This document shows, one piece after another, positions 25,448-41,088 of a DNA stretch of 64,000 bases. The notes under the pieces are model-generated. The model saw only the letters and a list, made by a program, of their open reading frames with translations, had not been told where the DNA came from and searched no databases. The position numbers and the translations under genes were made by a program. Positions within the stretch are counted from its first letter, which is position 1, and every line of letters starts with the position of its first letter. Source of the DNA: Takakia lepidozioides (lineage: Eukaryota; Plantae; Bryophyta); contig CM060732.1 of the NCBI GenBank assembly GCA_030704615.1, positions 52,886,001 through 52,950,000 of the forward strand, read 5' to 3'.

Positions 25448-27689
25448 CTACTGTGAGGTGGCATGCGCCACAGACCACACCCCATCCTCAGTTCGGTGCA
25501 CTTGTGCATTGAAAGGTTCCTCCTTTGTACCCCGTTTTGCCTTCAACACCAGGTCAAAGCTTACCCTTGAATCCTTACTCTGCATTACATCAAATTTTAG
25601 CACATTAGTCCATCGATATCAGACTTGAGAAACTGCTTACCAACCACACAGATATGCCCGACTCAATTTCATGTTATCCATGCCAGATCTCAATGAGTTC
25701 AAACCCTGCTTCTCCAAAAAAATTCCGTACTTCTATCTCTGCACCGGTAAGCCACAGACAGGATGTACTGCAGCTCCTCGCCATAACATGTCTTTTGCAC
25801 AAATGACAGCTAACTGCACTATTTCATACACCCCACCAAAAAGAGGGAAAATTTATCACACCCCGCCACTGTCTGTAACAGACAAGATTACGGTCCTTTT
25901 CACCAGCCGTCCTAAAGACTGCTGTTGAAGAACATTCCTGAACGCCTTTCTGTAGTCAAACTTGTATTGGTTGAATGACCATCCTCTTGGTTGCTGACAC
26001 CAATTTGCTTTCAGCACCGAGGTTGTGACATGACGAGAGGGAAGCCAGGAAAGTAATCCTACAAAGTATAGAGGGACAACAAATGGAAATTACAGCCAAT
26101 TGACTGACAAGCATCCCCGCGGAAGAACATTCAGGGTTCAAACCTGTCTTCTCAATATTCTAGTTTGCAGGAACAATACAAACCTCAGCCTTTGCGGATA
26201 CAATCTCGCTAAGCTCATAAGGCGCCAGAGAGTTAGAGCTTTGCTGCAATTTTTTCACTGCATGCTCAGCTGCTTCCCTCACAACTGGATCATCCACTGG
26301 CACTGTCTGTAACCCCAGTGCATTGCCACAACTGCGGACACCGCCAGGAAGGCCTCCTACGTTTTCCACCCACCACGAACTTGGTTCTAATTTCAGAGTT
26401 GATTTCAGGGACCATTAAGGTACAATCATCATAAATGGTACAATTGACCTGAGGGTACTATATAGAACACATAATCTACTCCAAAATATGGGTGGTTGTG
26501 GAAATGACTGGCAGAAATCCAGACATCACAGTAGACTTCCTACTTAAGAGTCAGACAGATCCCTTTTAGCTCCCACTAAAAAACCACCAATGTAGTAAGT
26601 ACGATTTGCCACACATTCAAGCTGGGGCAAACTCGTGGTTGGAGAATATCAACAAGTGAAGTTCACCAGGTTACTCCAACAGATAAAATGTGTCTGGGAC
26701 CAGCAGGTACGTAATTATGCTCCCTTCTTGATAGGAGCTTCATGAGCAGCTAAACTCCCTTACATCGTGTAGGGTGAGTAGATCAAGCAGTTGTTCACAA
26801 CATAGCTGGCTCAAACACTCCGGGCTTTGCCGAAGGACAGCCATCTGGAAATGAAAAAGGACAATAGTAGCGTACAGTCAATTAACCTGATCTCACACCA
26901 AGGTCAGCAGAGGTGAACCCACCCTGCGAGGCAGCAGGCTTGAACTCCTCCAATTTCTTGAAATTTTCCCAAGCCTTCACCCACACTTTGGCGTCATACA
27001 ACTTGGGTTTGTTAGCTTCCAGGACCTCGATTGTTAAATGGTACATAGTACCCTGCACCACTTGCTGCTTAGCTGAGACCACCTTTGAGAACGACAGACT
27101 GTCCACCCCATTCTGCAGCATCCACGTCCAAACCCGCGTTCAAAAACTGGACCCAAACTTTTGAGAAGCTAATGCCAATAAGGCTGATGAACACTCACAA
27201 CCCAGTAGGAAAATGCTATGAAGGAGAAAACGAAATTATGTCCAACATCTACTACGCCATCATCTTTAGATTCAAGGCATGACCACCCGCCGCAACAACA
27301 CCTTAGCATCATTTATATGCATCCCAGGTTCGGCCTTTACCGAGACACGGGTCCAAACAAGAGATGCGCATATCTGAAAGTCAGTCGCGTAAGATTACAA
27401 TCACAACACATCGCTTCTATCTCCATCACTTTGCATCTGACAGAACCAGATCAAAAATACTTTTGAGAATCAATCCACGAATACAACACAAGGAAGGGAG
27501 AAACCAAACCTGGCGGCTGTTGAACTCAGTCACAGCGAAGTTAGCAAGCTCATCAATTTCCAAACTGTTGGAAACATTTCCGATATCCTTCGGTTTCCCC
27601 AGCATAGACATTGCGCAGACGCCGTGAAACAGCAATAAGCTAAGGACACAGACAATCAATAGCGACCTCTCCCTTCTCACACTCAGCAT
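25448..27689 (-). CDS. C-terminally extended phytocystatin (cysteine proteinase inhibitor) with signal peptide; exons 27689-27510, 27112-26887, 26356-26184, 25579-25448
   Basis: LANFAVTEFN phytocystatin motif, QVVQG loop, VWVKAW, FTSADLG linker. Second cystatin-like domain carries SNSL and FDLVLKAKRGTKEEPF. All junctions are GT-AG and in frame. Confidence 0.93.
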
Positions 27690-28139
27690 TCCACACCAAA
27701 AACTTGCGAGCTTCAAATATATTGCAGCTATCGTGCACGAGATCCACTTGCAACCAATCAATCCGCCTCTGTGTTCTCGAGTCTTGACCGATTCCACAGC
27801 AATGAGTGCGTCTGTCTCTCTTATAATAGCAGCGCTGCACAGGATCAGCACTAGGGCTTTGTCGTCTCTCTCGCAACGCTTCCTGCCTTCCTGACCGACT
27901 ATCTCCGGTCACGTGGTGGAAAAAACTGGATGTGCTGGTCGAACATAAAGGACATATTCGATCGACCGCCAACTGCCGGTCTGAACTACGTGGCAGCTCG
28001 TCGCTCCTGTGATCTACACGTGTGTAATGGTCTGCGGTGCACGTGGACACATCCAATCCGTAGTACGGCGCGGCTGGTCTACAATTACTAAACAAATATC
28101 AATTAATACAATTTTATTGCGCGAACTAAATTAGCGCTT

Positions 28140-29790
28140 ATGGATGAATGAAGGGGATGTAGTTCTCATGTGTTTCGAAAGGTGGGAAGAGCGTAACACA
28201 CTTCTCTTCCCTGGAGAAGTCGAAGGAGTTTGCTGGTATGGCAAGGCTCATGGCAGAGAGGACCTTGAAGATGAGCCTAAAGCCCTGGCTCTGTTGGGGT
28301 CTCATTGCTGGGCAGCTCAGACACATCAGATTGATACCTGTGTGAAGGTTTTGTAGAGGAAATCTGGAAAGCCCGAACCACTCGTTTATACCAAGGTAAG
28401 CCCCATGACTATTACCTCCCAAAGCTAGTGTCTGTCCCTCTTGTTCCGCCAAACTGGGCCCGGAGTCTATGGCAAACAACGCCTCATGAGTATATTCTTT
28501 GCAGCGCTCAATTTTTTTGGACGGTGTGACTGACAGTGCTACCATTGCGCATCTGTTTCCAGGTGGATTGCTGTGGCAGTAGCTTATTGCTGGAAATGTA
28601 TCTGGAGATATGAAGAGAAAAGTGGAGCCCAGCTAGGCTCCTGCTTCGAAATTCAGGTATTGTTTACCGAGATTACTTTGACCTACTTCGTGCATCTGGT
28701 AGACTGCTTCTCTACTATGGATGATAAATTTAGAATAGAGTGTCAGTGTGATACTATCAGGATGTTTTGTCTGTAGATTCATTAATTGCCAGATAGCTGT
28801 GGGACATTCTGAGTTTTGGAGCAAGGTGGGTGTGCTAGAAGCTATCTCGAAAACTGAAATTTGAAAGGAAATTTTTTTCTATACACAGTCAGTTCTGAGC
28901 GACAGGATCTTGGAGGGTGCTTTGGGATCATCTTTCATACATTGTTTAGCGAAGTGATATGGCAGCAGTAGATTTCTGGATGTACCTAGTTGCAGTGGAC
29001 TACTTCCAAGCACAAAATCTTTTTGATGTGTCTACATATTCGACCTATTGTACGAAAATCCCTGCACCTGAACATAAATGAGCAGTAACCCCAGGGAAGA
29101 TATTGTTAGTATCATTCATCAAAAGAACATGAATATATGGCCAGTTCGATCTGGGTTTCACGGACATTTGTGACTATCTACCCATTTTGAGCAACTAGGG
29201 AAGAGGTAAATGAAGACAGGTATCAAAATGGGTTTGTTAATGTTCTTTGGCTGTCTTCTCATTGCTGACGTGATTATAGTTGCCAGGCTAGTTCGAACTC
29301 TGTGAATATGCCATCACCACCGAGGATGGGTACTTCCCCTCCTTTGAAAAGGCTTAATGGGTACAAGCAGTGCTAATGCAGGATGTTTTGGGTAATCAGA
29401 GATTCTTATCTGATGAGAACTGCTGCATTCAGCAATCACTGTATCTATGACAACCTCTTACCCTCCCTGCTTCAGCAATGTCAGTGATGACGTTGATCCC
29501 CATATTTGAAGCCCCTCTTGCTATAGGATGATACCCAGGCTCTTGGAAGCACATCCAGATCTCCTTGTTTGTAATACACCTCTTTAAGCAATTTCTTCAG
29601 AACAAACCATCTGCTATTCACCTGAATTGTGCATTATACTATGCACTTCTTGATGATGATATTCATCCTACTGCTGTATACATGGTGTATTTGAACCCGG
29701 GCCTCCTCCCCCCCCCTTGCGCCACATCATGGCACTTACCATATCCACTTGGTTGTATGTCACTACAAGCAATTGCTCTAGCACAACAGC
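28140..29790 (+). pseudogene. Copy 2 of the decayed spliced gene segment (see 17110-18760)
   Basis: Same collinear blocks as copy 1. Lacks ~240 bp present in copy 1 (~17445-17685) and has different stops and frameshifts. Confidence 0.6.
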
Positions 29791-29954
29791 TCTGCTTAAT
29801 CACCCTCCTCCATCACTAGAATTCACCTTAATCCTGCAGTTTGTATGATCTCCATGAAATTCATAAGGCTCTACTCAAATCACTTTAGTATATGTCACAT
29901 TCCGATACAATCTAAACCAAATTCATGATACTGATGCTCACATCATCATAGTCT

Positions 29955-32539
<2,585 letters not shown>

Positions 32540-32743
32540 CTCCTCCTCGCGCTTGACGCTCCCTCGCAACAAAAGCTAAGAACAAAGCTGTCCTCGACTA
32601 CAGGATAAATTTTCAAAGGGAACACCTTTCACTAAACAACCAAAACAGTATTCTTCACAACATGACCTCCGATCTCCATTTCCATCTATCCTTCCTGTAT
32701 TCTCCCTCTCTCCCACCCCTCCCTCCCTCACCCGGGATCAGGC

Positions 32744-32977
32744 CTAAGAACCATCTTCGTCTGTGAGCACAAGCTCCAAAGGTTTGGGCCTATTCCTGAC
32801 CAGATTTTGCTTCTGCTCGTGCCTATACTTTTGGTACATAAGATTTCCAATCACAAACACAAAAACGCCGGTGCCGATTGCTCCCATCATGAGATTGGGC
32901 TTTGTATGAAGCTCAGGGTTTACAAGGCGCGAGAAGGGTGAGGACCTCCTGAGCCAATCGTTAGGATCCCCACTCAT
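32744..32977 (-). CDS. SMIM8/DUF4500-like small single-pass membrane protein (77 aa)
   Basis: FSRLVNPELHTKPNLMMGAIG matches the recalled SMIM8 motif F(R)xVNPELFxKPNxxxMxxG. It is followed by one hydrophobic segment (TGVFVFVIGNLMY) and a charged tail. Confidence 0.75.
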   Translation of the reverse strand: MSGDPNDWLRRSSPFSRLVNPELHTKPNLMMGAIGTGVFVFVIGNLMYQKYRHEQKQNLVRNRPKPLELVLTDEDGS

Positions 32978-33459
32978 CGTCTGCTCTCTTCTCACCTCCT
33001 CGAATTGTAACTTCAGACAATCTCAATCTTGAATCCTCAACCCATATCTATCGCTAGTATTATATGCAAGCTCTTGTTCTTCCAGTTCGGAGTTGAAGAT
33101 CTGCATAGCACATCGTTCATCGAGTGGCTTCAATCACGTCTGCAACCCATGTGGCATCCATCCTTGGAAATACCTCCTGAGCGTGCGCGCGTGCCACCCA
33201 TCGGAGACGACATACCAGCATGCAATTCGTTCAGATACTGAGGTGGAGCCCTGTGATTTGGTGTGTGAGTTCAAGAGGATGGATGACAGTGCATGCACAC
33301 GAATGGGTGTGGCCCAACATGTGCACTGTCCCTGCCACAAGAAACATCTACCGCCATAGCTTGAAGCCTAATAAGGAGCTTCCCTTCGAGTCTCGTTTCT
33401 GTGTTTGCGCTTCCTTATCAAAAATTCTGGACAATCACGAAAAGGAAGAAATCAGCAGG

Positions 33460-36400
33460 ATGCAGAAGCATGGGCTTCCCTCTCGCAAGCACTCCGTCGT
33501 AACATCACACCCCTTCAAACCCCGCATCTCGTACCTGCCCTTCCCCTTTTTTCTTCCCCTTCCTTGTTGCCTTTCAGAAATAGATTCAAAACATTCTGCA
33601 TGAAATCACTGCTGCAACTTTCAACAATATGGATTTGTATGAGTGGAAATGTGTTTCGAACATGGAAAATTTGAAGTCGTGGCATGTTCAAGTGTAGATT
33701 TTACCTTTAGCATTTTGATATAATGGCCAGTCTACTTTTGGGGATTTCTCGTCATCATGCCTGTAATGGGAGGATGACTTCAAGTCTCAGAAGGTATTGC
33801 GAGAACTGCTATACGAGAATGTAACTCCGTCTAAAGCATTCAGGGAGGGGAGAGAGTTGTGTCCCTCCGTCAGCATCTATACCCCACAATCCGACAAGGA
33901 AACGGCACATCCCTCTGCGTTACAAACGACAAGGGCTCAGCCAAAGGGATTGTAATGTGGACATTAAACTCTCGTTCCTTTTTATGTCTCTTTGATCGCC
34001 TTTAGTTGAACTACCTCTTATTGGTTGGTGTGCAATGCCCCAGAAAGCACCACCAGTAAGAGGGTGCTACTCGCCCGTAGTATAATTGAGCAGTGACGTG
34101 ATTTCACCACATGTATGGAGCATTTTGCATGGAAGAATCATTCAGTGCACATTCATAGGTCCGTGTTTAGTTTCTGGCAAGCCTTCCACCTTTGGCTGGA
34201 GAATAAAACAAGTGCAGTAGATTTCCTATCTCGTCTTTCTGGAAAATAAGACCGACTTTCTGCCATAGAATGAACCGAGATAATGTGCCATTCCGGACCA
34301 CTGCTGTAACTCTTTCTGCCTGAGATCTTGGCAACACTCTCCAGAGCTACACAAGTTAGGTGCAATTGCGCCAGTGTCACCGAGTAGACCTAATTCAAGA
34401 TCTAGCTTGTGAATGGCCTTGTTCATTGTGCCACTCACATTTGAAACTTTGAAGAGGCAAAGTTTCATGGCATTTCCAAGCCTTATCCTTAAGTACCTGT
34501 AGAGGCTAACGTCACTACTCTCTCAGCCACAATAACGAATGATCACAAAAGTCTCCTATAATGTGGTTTCTGCCCTGATCCAATGCAATTATTCAGCATG
34601 CTGTGAAAGAGTGGGTTTGTGAGAGCCATGACAGCATCGTATCCATGCAAAACCACTCACTTTTGAGTTCCTTCACTTTCACCTGAAGATCTTCGTGAGT
34701 GCTGAGAAGAGGCAATCAGCAGTGTTGGATTATAGAGGCAACAAGTCTGGATAAGGCCGGAAGGTACAAAGGACAAACTGAAGTTGGCTGATACTCGCAA
34801 CACACACCAGATGCATAATCTGTAGTATAGAGCTTAATTCACTGAAGGGCTGTTGCAGGTAAGGCTGAGCCCCAGGACTTTTCCTGCAGCTTGATGCAAT
34901 GCCCAATAAGCATATGATTCTGGATTTGAATAACTTCAGGAACTCACATTAGTACACTGACTTTGTTGAGCTGAATCCAACAAAGATTAATGAGTTGTTA
35001 AAATGGTCAATGATGTCCGAGCCAAGCTCATTGGATCAGATTATGGAGTCGAGATTCATGACATCTGCTTTGGTTACATACCCATGTGTTGCTCATGCAA
35101 CTGAGGTCCAAAACCACTGTGACAAACAGGGATGCACAGCCTACTGTTGGAGCTTACTCTGTTCAAGCCTACTCCAATGTAGACCCTTATCAGGAGAATG
35201 GCAGGTGTGAGAACTTTGAGCTTGAGACCCTGGTATTGATGCTCATTTTGACAATCGCATTGGGTCCTTTCTGATTGAACTCTGAAGATAAGAGGTAGGA
35301 AGTTGTGGCTGCTCCAGTCTTCGACCTCTTATGATGATGGTGAGACCTATCAAAATGACTCTTGTATATACAGCTACTGCAACTGTCTTGTGTTTGTAAG
35401 CATGGAGAAAGCAGGGAATTCTCCCGTCTTCACTTCAGAAGTTGGTTCCAAACCCCTATGATGGAGGGGGATGCTATTTGGAATCTTCTTTGCACCAATA
35501 CATTTCCGTGTTTCAGAAACTCACAATAAGAAGAGTACTCAAATTGCTGCATCAAATGGTAGCTTATACATTGCTGGAAAGCCAAAAGAAGGGAGTGGGT
35601 GATTTGTAGGGCATTTGCAGGGGCATATGCTGCAGGTGCCATTCCCTGTCGGATCAATCATGGTTCAGTAATCACACGCTTACAATGGGACCGCCCCCCC
35701 AACAGTATGCCCATTACCCCAACACCTATAATTCCTTCACCCACACATAAGGCAATTTCCTCCTCCTTGCTAGTTCTGCAACATGTGTTTGCCGTGGTCA
35801 GCCAGTCTGCATCAATATAACCTCTGTTACCTCAAAGTTTGCATGTACGGGGGTGACACAGGGTTCAACAGTATTCAATTCCACTTATCTAGCCTCTTCT
35901 TTTTGGTCCCCAACATTTAGAAGCAGTCTACAACTAAAAGTATGCTTCAGTTCTGTCCTTGAAACCGCTAAAAGAGTAACAAGCACATACAGTTTGTAAA
36001 GAGAGAGATCACTCAATGTAAGGGTGTGGATGTGTCTACAACTGCTAAGGGAGGGAGTGTGGTGTGGCTAGCCTTGGATTATGATCCGCTGTTGGTTACG
36101 GTGGCCCAAGGATTGCTGGAAACACAACACCCCTATTCATTTGTTGCTCGCAACACCTTCGAACACCTTCTTCAAGCCCCGGTATGTGCCTCAAACTTGG
36201 TAATTCTCAGCAATTGGGTGCATACATGTGAACCATAGTTGTCTTGGTACAGCAGTAGTGCATTTCACTGGAGATCTGGATCTGCTTGCAGTTGGTGCCA
36301 AAAATTCACAATCGCCTTGGATGCATGAGCAGGGAGCACTAGGCAAAGTGGTACCACTGCTTGGGAGGCTCATTCCAGCACTTCGTGCAGCTCTCAATCA

Positions 36401-39285
36401 TGCTGACAGAGTTGTCATCAAGGCTGGCCTCAAGGCAATCCGGTAACTTAAAGCAACTACCGAAGGAAAACTCAAACTACAAAACAACACAAACTGCACA
36501 TCTGGACTGCTTTGAAAATGTGACCGACCATCTCATTTCCAGTGATGACTCTGTAGTAATCATATCAACTTTTCTACCCTAAATTTTAAAGGCCATGTGC
36601 AGTAGTTTCCATTACGATTGAAAGGCTTGTAAGGTACCACACCCGACAGTTCATCTCACAATGTTATTACAATCTCAGGTCCTCCATGTCAACTTTCTAG
36701 ATATACTGTCAAAGGTGGCAGGCCAGAAGCACATTTACTAAGGTCCTGGGGAATGAGTAGACTTAGGTGTCTAAGCTCCCATGCCAGGTTTTCTGCCCTC
36801 CATAATGCTGGGTGGGGGTGTGTAGGCAATTATCAGCGACGGTCGGACCTGAGCTGAATGCGTACCTTGATGTGCTTCTTATTCAGGAACAATCTCCCTT
36901 TGAACCCCTGCTAGTTCTGTTGAATAAATTGCCGAGAGGGGAAAAACAGGCATCAGTTGTAATCTTTTCATTTGCTCTAGACAAATTCAAGAGACCTTCA
37001 GAATTGTTCATTACCCAACTCTTCCTTCCCTTGAAGTTGGGTGATCTGCACGGTTCCAAAGTGCAAATGGGGAATATTACACAAGAAACTCGGCATATTA
37101 ACCAATGCATAACAGGACATGCAGGAGTGTACTACTCTGGCATGTTCGAAGTTCAGATGAAAACATTCGAGTAATTTGTCAATTTTTGGAGTGAAATACA
37201 CTGTGAGCTCAACAAAAGTGGTGCTGTTTCTGCAGATCAACAAAAAGGCTTTTGACAAGAGGTTGGAGCAGGAGGTAATCTGCTACATTAGAGAGAATCT
37301 GTGACAATCCATGTCGTGAGTTCCTTGGGAGGCTAGGTCTCTCATGGTTGTTTGCAGCCTTCTCCTGCTGTCTCAATCAAATTTTCGATCGCACACATTC
37401 CTATTCAAGGATATGGAGTCTGTAAGGGGTCCATGATTATGTATAGTTGTCTGCTTGCATCTCGTGCAGTCTATTCGTTTTCTCAAAAACTTCAGACTGC
37501 AAGTAATGCACTTTAGTGCTCATAGATTTGGATAGGTGTATGTCATCTGCAAATGCATGCGGTTGGTGAATAGCTTCTCAGGTTTAGCTCAGTTACAACT
37601 GACCATATACAACATTGAGCTTCCAAAGAAGGCCTAATCCTCCACAGGTTCAGATCTGAAATAGAATATTGTGGCACCATCCTCATGTATCTATGCTCAT
37701 ACAATGAAAAAAATTGTTGTGGGGTGAACCAGATTGGAAATACACTGCAAACATTGGAGGTACACTTGTACCACCTACTCTCTTAGTAGTCAAATGGAGG
37801 GAGGGTGGACAGCTTTTGTTGTTCTGGTCGAGCCCTGGTAATAGGGTGCCTTTTAACCCATAACCCCAGGGATAGCAGCCTCAGACCCTTAAAGCGGGAA
37901 CAGGTGCCCTCTCTGCACTCAACACATACAGAACAGGACAAGTCGTAGCAGTGTTTTAAATTGAGATAGTTTTAGTAGACAGTAAAGTTTTAGCAGAAAG
38001 TAAAAGCATGTCTATGCTGCTTGGCAGAAGGCTGATGCTGTGAACTTGCAGCTAGAGGAGGGTTTGGATATAAGACCCTCCACTCCAGCTTGAGTGTTGA
38101 TGTGCCTATGGAACTCACATCTCTCTCTCTCTCTCTCACAGCTATCAACAGCTTGTCTTGAGCTTAGCTCTAGCTGGTCTTAAACACAAACATGCCAACC
38201 ATAAATATTTTATTTAGTCAGTGCCACTGGGGTAAACTGCTAGAGGTAGATCACCTGTGCAAGCCATGAAAAGTTTGAGGGTTCAAAATGATAAAGCACC
38301 TGAACTTGTTGAAAAGCTGGTTAGTAATCTGGCAACTAAGAAGATGTTGTCTTTGCAGGAGAAGGGAGGACGTACTGCATACCTCTCTATAAAGTCCAAG
38401 GTAGCCAAGTACCTAGGTAGTTCCTGGCAATATATCTTACTACTGGTATTCTGGTGCCTTGGGCCTGTATGAAAGCAGTTTTCAAACCAAGAGTTACCTC
38501 TAGTGACCATGTGCTTGTCCAGATGAAAGTCTTGCTGAGGTAGAACTATCATATTTTGTTGCAACAGCCTCATGGTTGTAGACCTTGCACCCAGTTTGAT
38601 GAAACCTTTGATAGAGAGAGTGTGTCTGTGTGATTGAGATTCATAAGTTTGATTGCATTGCACAGATGCCTCAAGACTTAGCGCTCATTGATCCCTAGGA
38701 CTAAAAACCTCACTTCTGGGTAATATGCTCCAAAACGGAACTGCCATAGCTTCCCCATAGCTGAGGATGTACCATTCACAATTATGAGATTGCTGATCCC
38801 CAAAGAGATTGCAGTCAAAAGTTGGAGTACTGACCTCAACCCAAATTGTCATAAAAGCTCGCACAAGCCATCCACTATCCAGTTACAGGGGATAGAATGT
38901 TGCTTATGAGCTGCTGCATTGACACTGAAACCCAAATTGTTGATTCTGGCAATGGTGCTGTAGCCCACTAGCTTGCAATAGATTTGACACATGTGGTTGC
39001 GCTTGCCCTGCTCCGAACACCACAAGCCACTAGAAGAGAGCTTTGGACGGTACAAGTTTAGGGCAGTATCTCGTAGAACCTTCATGTTTTGGATAGGCGC
39101 ACATCCTAAGTTACTTCTTAGGAGACGTGGCTTCTTTCGCAGCCATAAATGCACCAGATAAAGATTACTCAGAACCTCCAATGTTTACCATAGTAGATGA
39201 GTTGGCAATGCCAAGAAATTCACAATGTGGTGGCATGGAATTGTGGCAGGTTGCAACCTACACATCAGTCTTCACAAGAAGTTGA
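33460..39285 (+). CDS. PACRGL: PACRG-like protein; exons 33460-33530, 35106-35204, 35610-35704, 36072-36181, 36333-36442, 36826-36886, 37236-37274, 37733-37759, 38359-38400, 39250-39285
   Basis: Spliced protein FAGAYAAGAIPCRINHGSVITRLQW, LDYDPLLVTVAQGLLETQHPYSFVA, PLLGRLIPALRAALNH, QLSATVGPELN.YL..LLIQINKK..DKR, TLQTLEEKGG....IKSKVATYTS aligns with recalled PACRGL. All phases are consistent; one donor is GA. The first two exons are less certain. Confidence 0.88.
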
Positions 39286-40717
39286 AATCAGGTGAGTGGC
39301 CTGTTCTAATATTTCACACCATTCTGCACAGGATTGTCTAGGCCTTCAAATGTCCGTCGCTCAGTTAAATTGAGAGGACAACTTGATATCAGTCACAACT
39401 GGAAAATTAGAAGGGGCTTGGCAAATGACTATGGGAGGAGGCAGTTTGTGTGTTCTTGGGACAATTTGCACTGTAGTTGACTGTGCGAGGCCAGGGAAGT
39501 GAGAGAAAGAAGAAAGGAAAATAGGGGTCAGGGACTTCCTCGAAAAGCAAATTTTCGTGTCAAGGAAGGTCCGAGAGATTTCTCTCCAAATGAACCCAAC
39601 CATGTCACTGTTGGCTATCTACCAGTTGAAGAGAGAGGGTTGGTGTAGTGAGACTTACCTGATTGTACAGAGAGACGAACGACGAGCCGAGGGTTTCCTC
39701 TACCAAAATTCATTCTTCAGCCCTTGGAAATTCCATTCAACTCATCACTTGAGCCACCACGCCATGAGCCTCGATGCCTGACTCAGTTCCTAGGCAGAGA
39801 GAGAGAGAGAACAGATAAACCCACATGTCACCCTCCATCCCCTTCATGCTTCAGACATCACTCAAGCCCACCACACCACAACACAAGACGTTGTAGGACA
39901 TTGTGAGCACCCAAGATGATGGTCTAAGCAGTGTTGAGGGGTGTGGGGTGGCTTTCAGAGCTGTTGTGAAGCTTGATCCACTCCCAGCTCAAAAATGCAT
40001 TGAAGGCAGGTAACCAAAGTCTTTGTCTTCCCCCTTCAACGACCAATTGTGGCTCAAGACCAAAGAATTTATCATGGATTTTTCATCTACCCAATATAAT
40101 TAATAAATTTTTAATAACGTTATCCATTGAGAAACTTACAGTAAGTAAACTCGACGACTTCTAGAACCTAATTTGTTTTTAACCTAATTCCTTGCAAAAA
40201 ACAGAAAAAACAGAAAAAGGCTGATTCCTTGAATTTTTGTGGGTTTTTCTAGTTTTGTTTTAAATTTAATTCCATCAATAAATAAATAATAGCCCCCTGT
40301 CTTTGAATAACAACACGTGTAGGCTAATTCTTAACGGTGGCATGACACACAAGAGGCTATCATATAATAACAAACCCTGTCAGTGCTCACTTGGTTTTCT
40401 CCCAAAATGTGGCAATATTTCATCCAACCTTCGCATTTGTCATTTTTAATCCATCCACCACCAGGATTGTTTGTTGGTTCCATCCAATTACCGATTATTT
40501 TTCATCCATAAGTCAACCATCTTTATTCTCATCAAAGCAGGTCAATAGCCAAAGTAATTTTGTGCAGTACTACCCACTTGAGAATACTAGAACATAAATT
40601 TATCACAGAATGCTTTATGGGATTTGTAACAACAATAAAGCGCCTTCAAGCAATCGGCAAACAAAATTATGTAAGTATCATGACTATCTTCGCAAGAAAT
40701 TAGCGCCATTACAACTG

Positions 40718-41088
40718 TACCCACATTTCATGGGCTGCGGTGAAATCAAATTAATTTTCCTTAGAACAGAAAATGCGTCCGGTACCCACATTTCATGGCG
40801 CGGCGCGATATGAAATTAATTTTCCTTAGAACAGAAAATGCGTCCGGTACCCACATTTCATGGCGCGGCGCGATATGAAATTAATTTTCCTTAGAACAGA
40901 AAATGCGTCCGGTACCCACATTTCATGGCACGATATGAAATTAATTTTCATTAGAACAGAAAATGCGTCCGGTACCCACATTTCATGGCGCGATATGAAA
41001 TTAATTTTCATTAGAACAGAAAATGAGTCCGGTACCCACATTTCATAGAGCGGCACGGTATAAAAATAGTTTTCATTTAGAACAAAAC
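40718..41088. repeat. Minisatellite, ~6 copies of a 60-65-bp unit (tacccacatttcatggcgcggcgcgatatgaaattaattttccttagaacagaaaatgcgtccgg)
   Basis: Units start at 40718, 40783, 40848, 40913, 40973 and 41033. Head-to-tail, no spacers. Confidence 0.95.

Noticed and set aside
26800-26846. Extra cystatin exon after a ttccAG acceptor
   Set aside because: It would require an ~40-nt intron, and exon 2 already joins exon 3 in frame.
40718-41088. CRISPR-like array
   Set aside because: Units are contiguous with no unique spacers; eukaryotic context and no cas genes.
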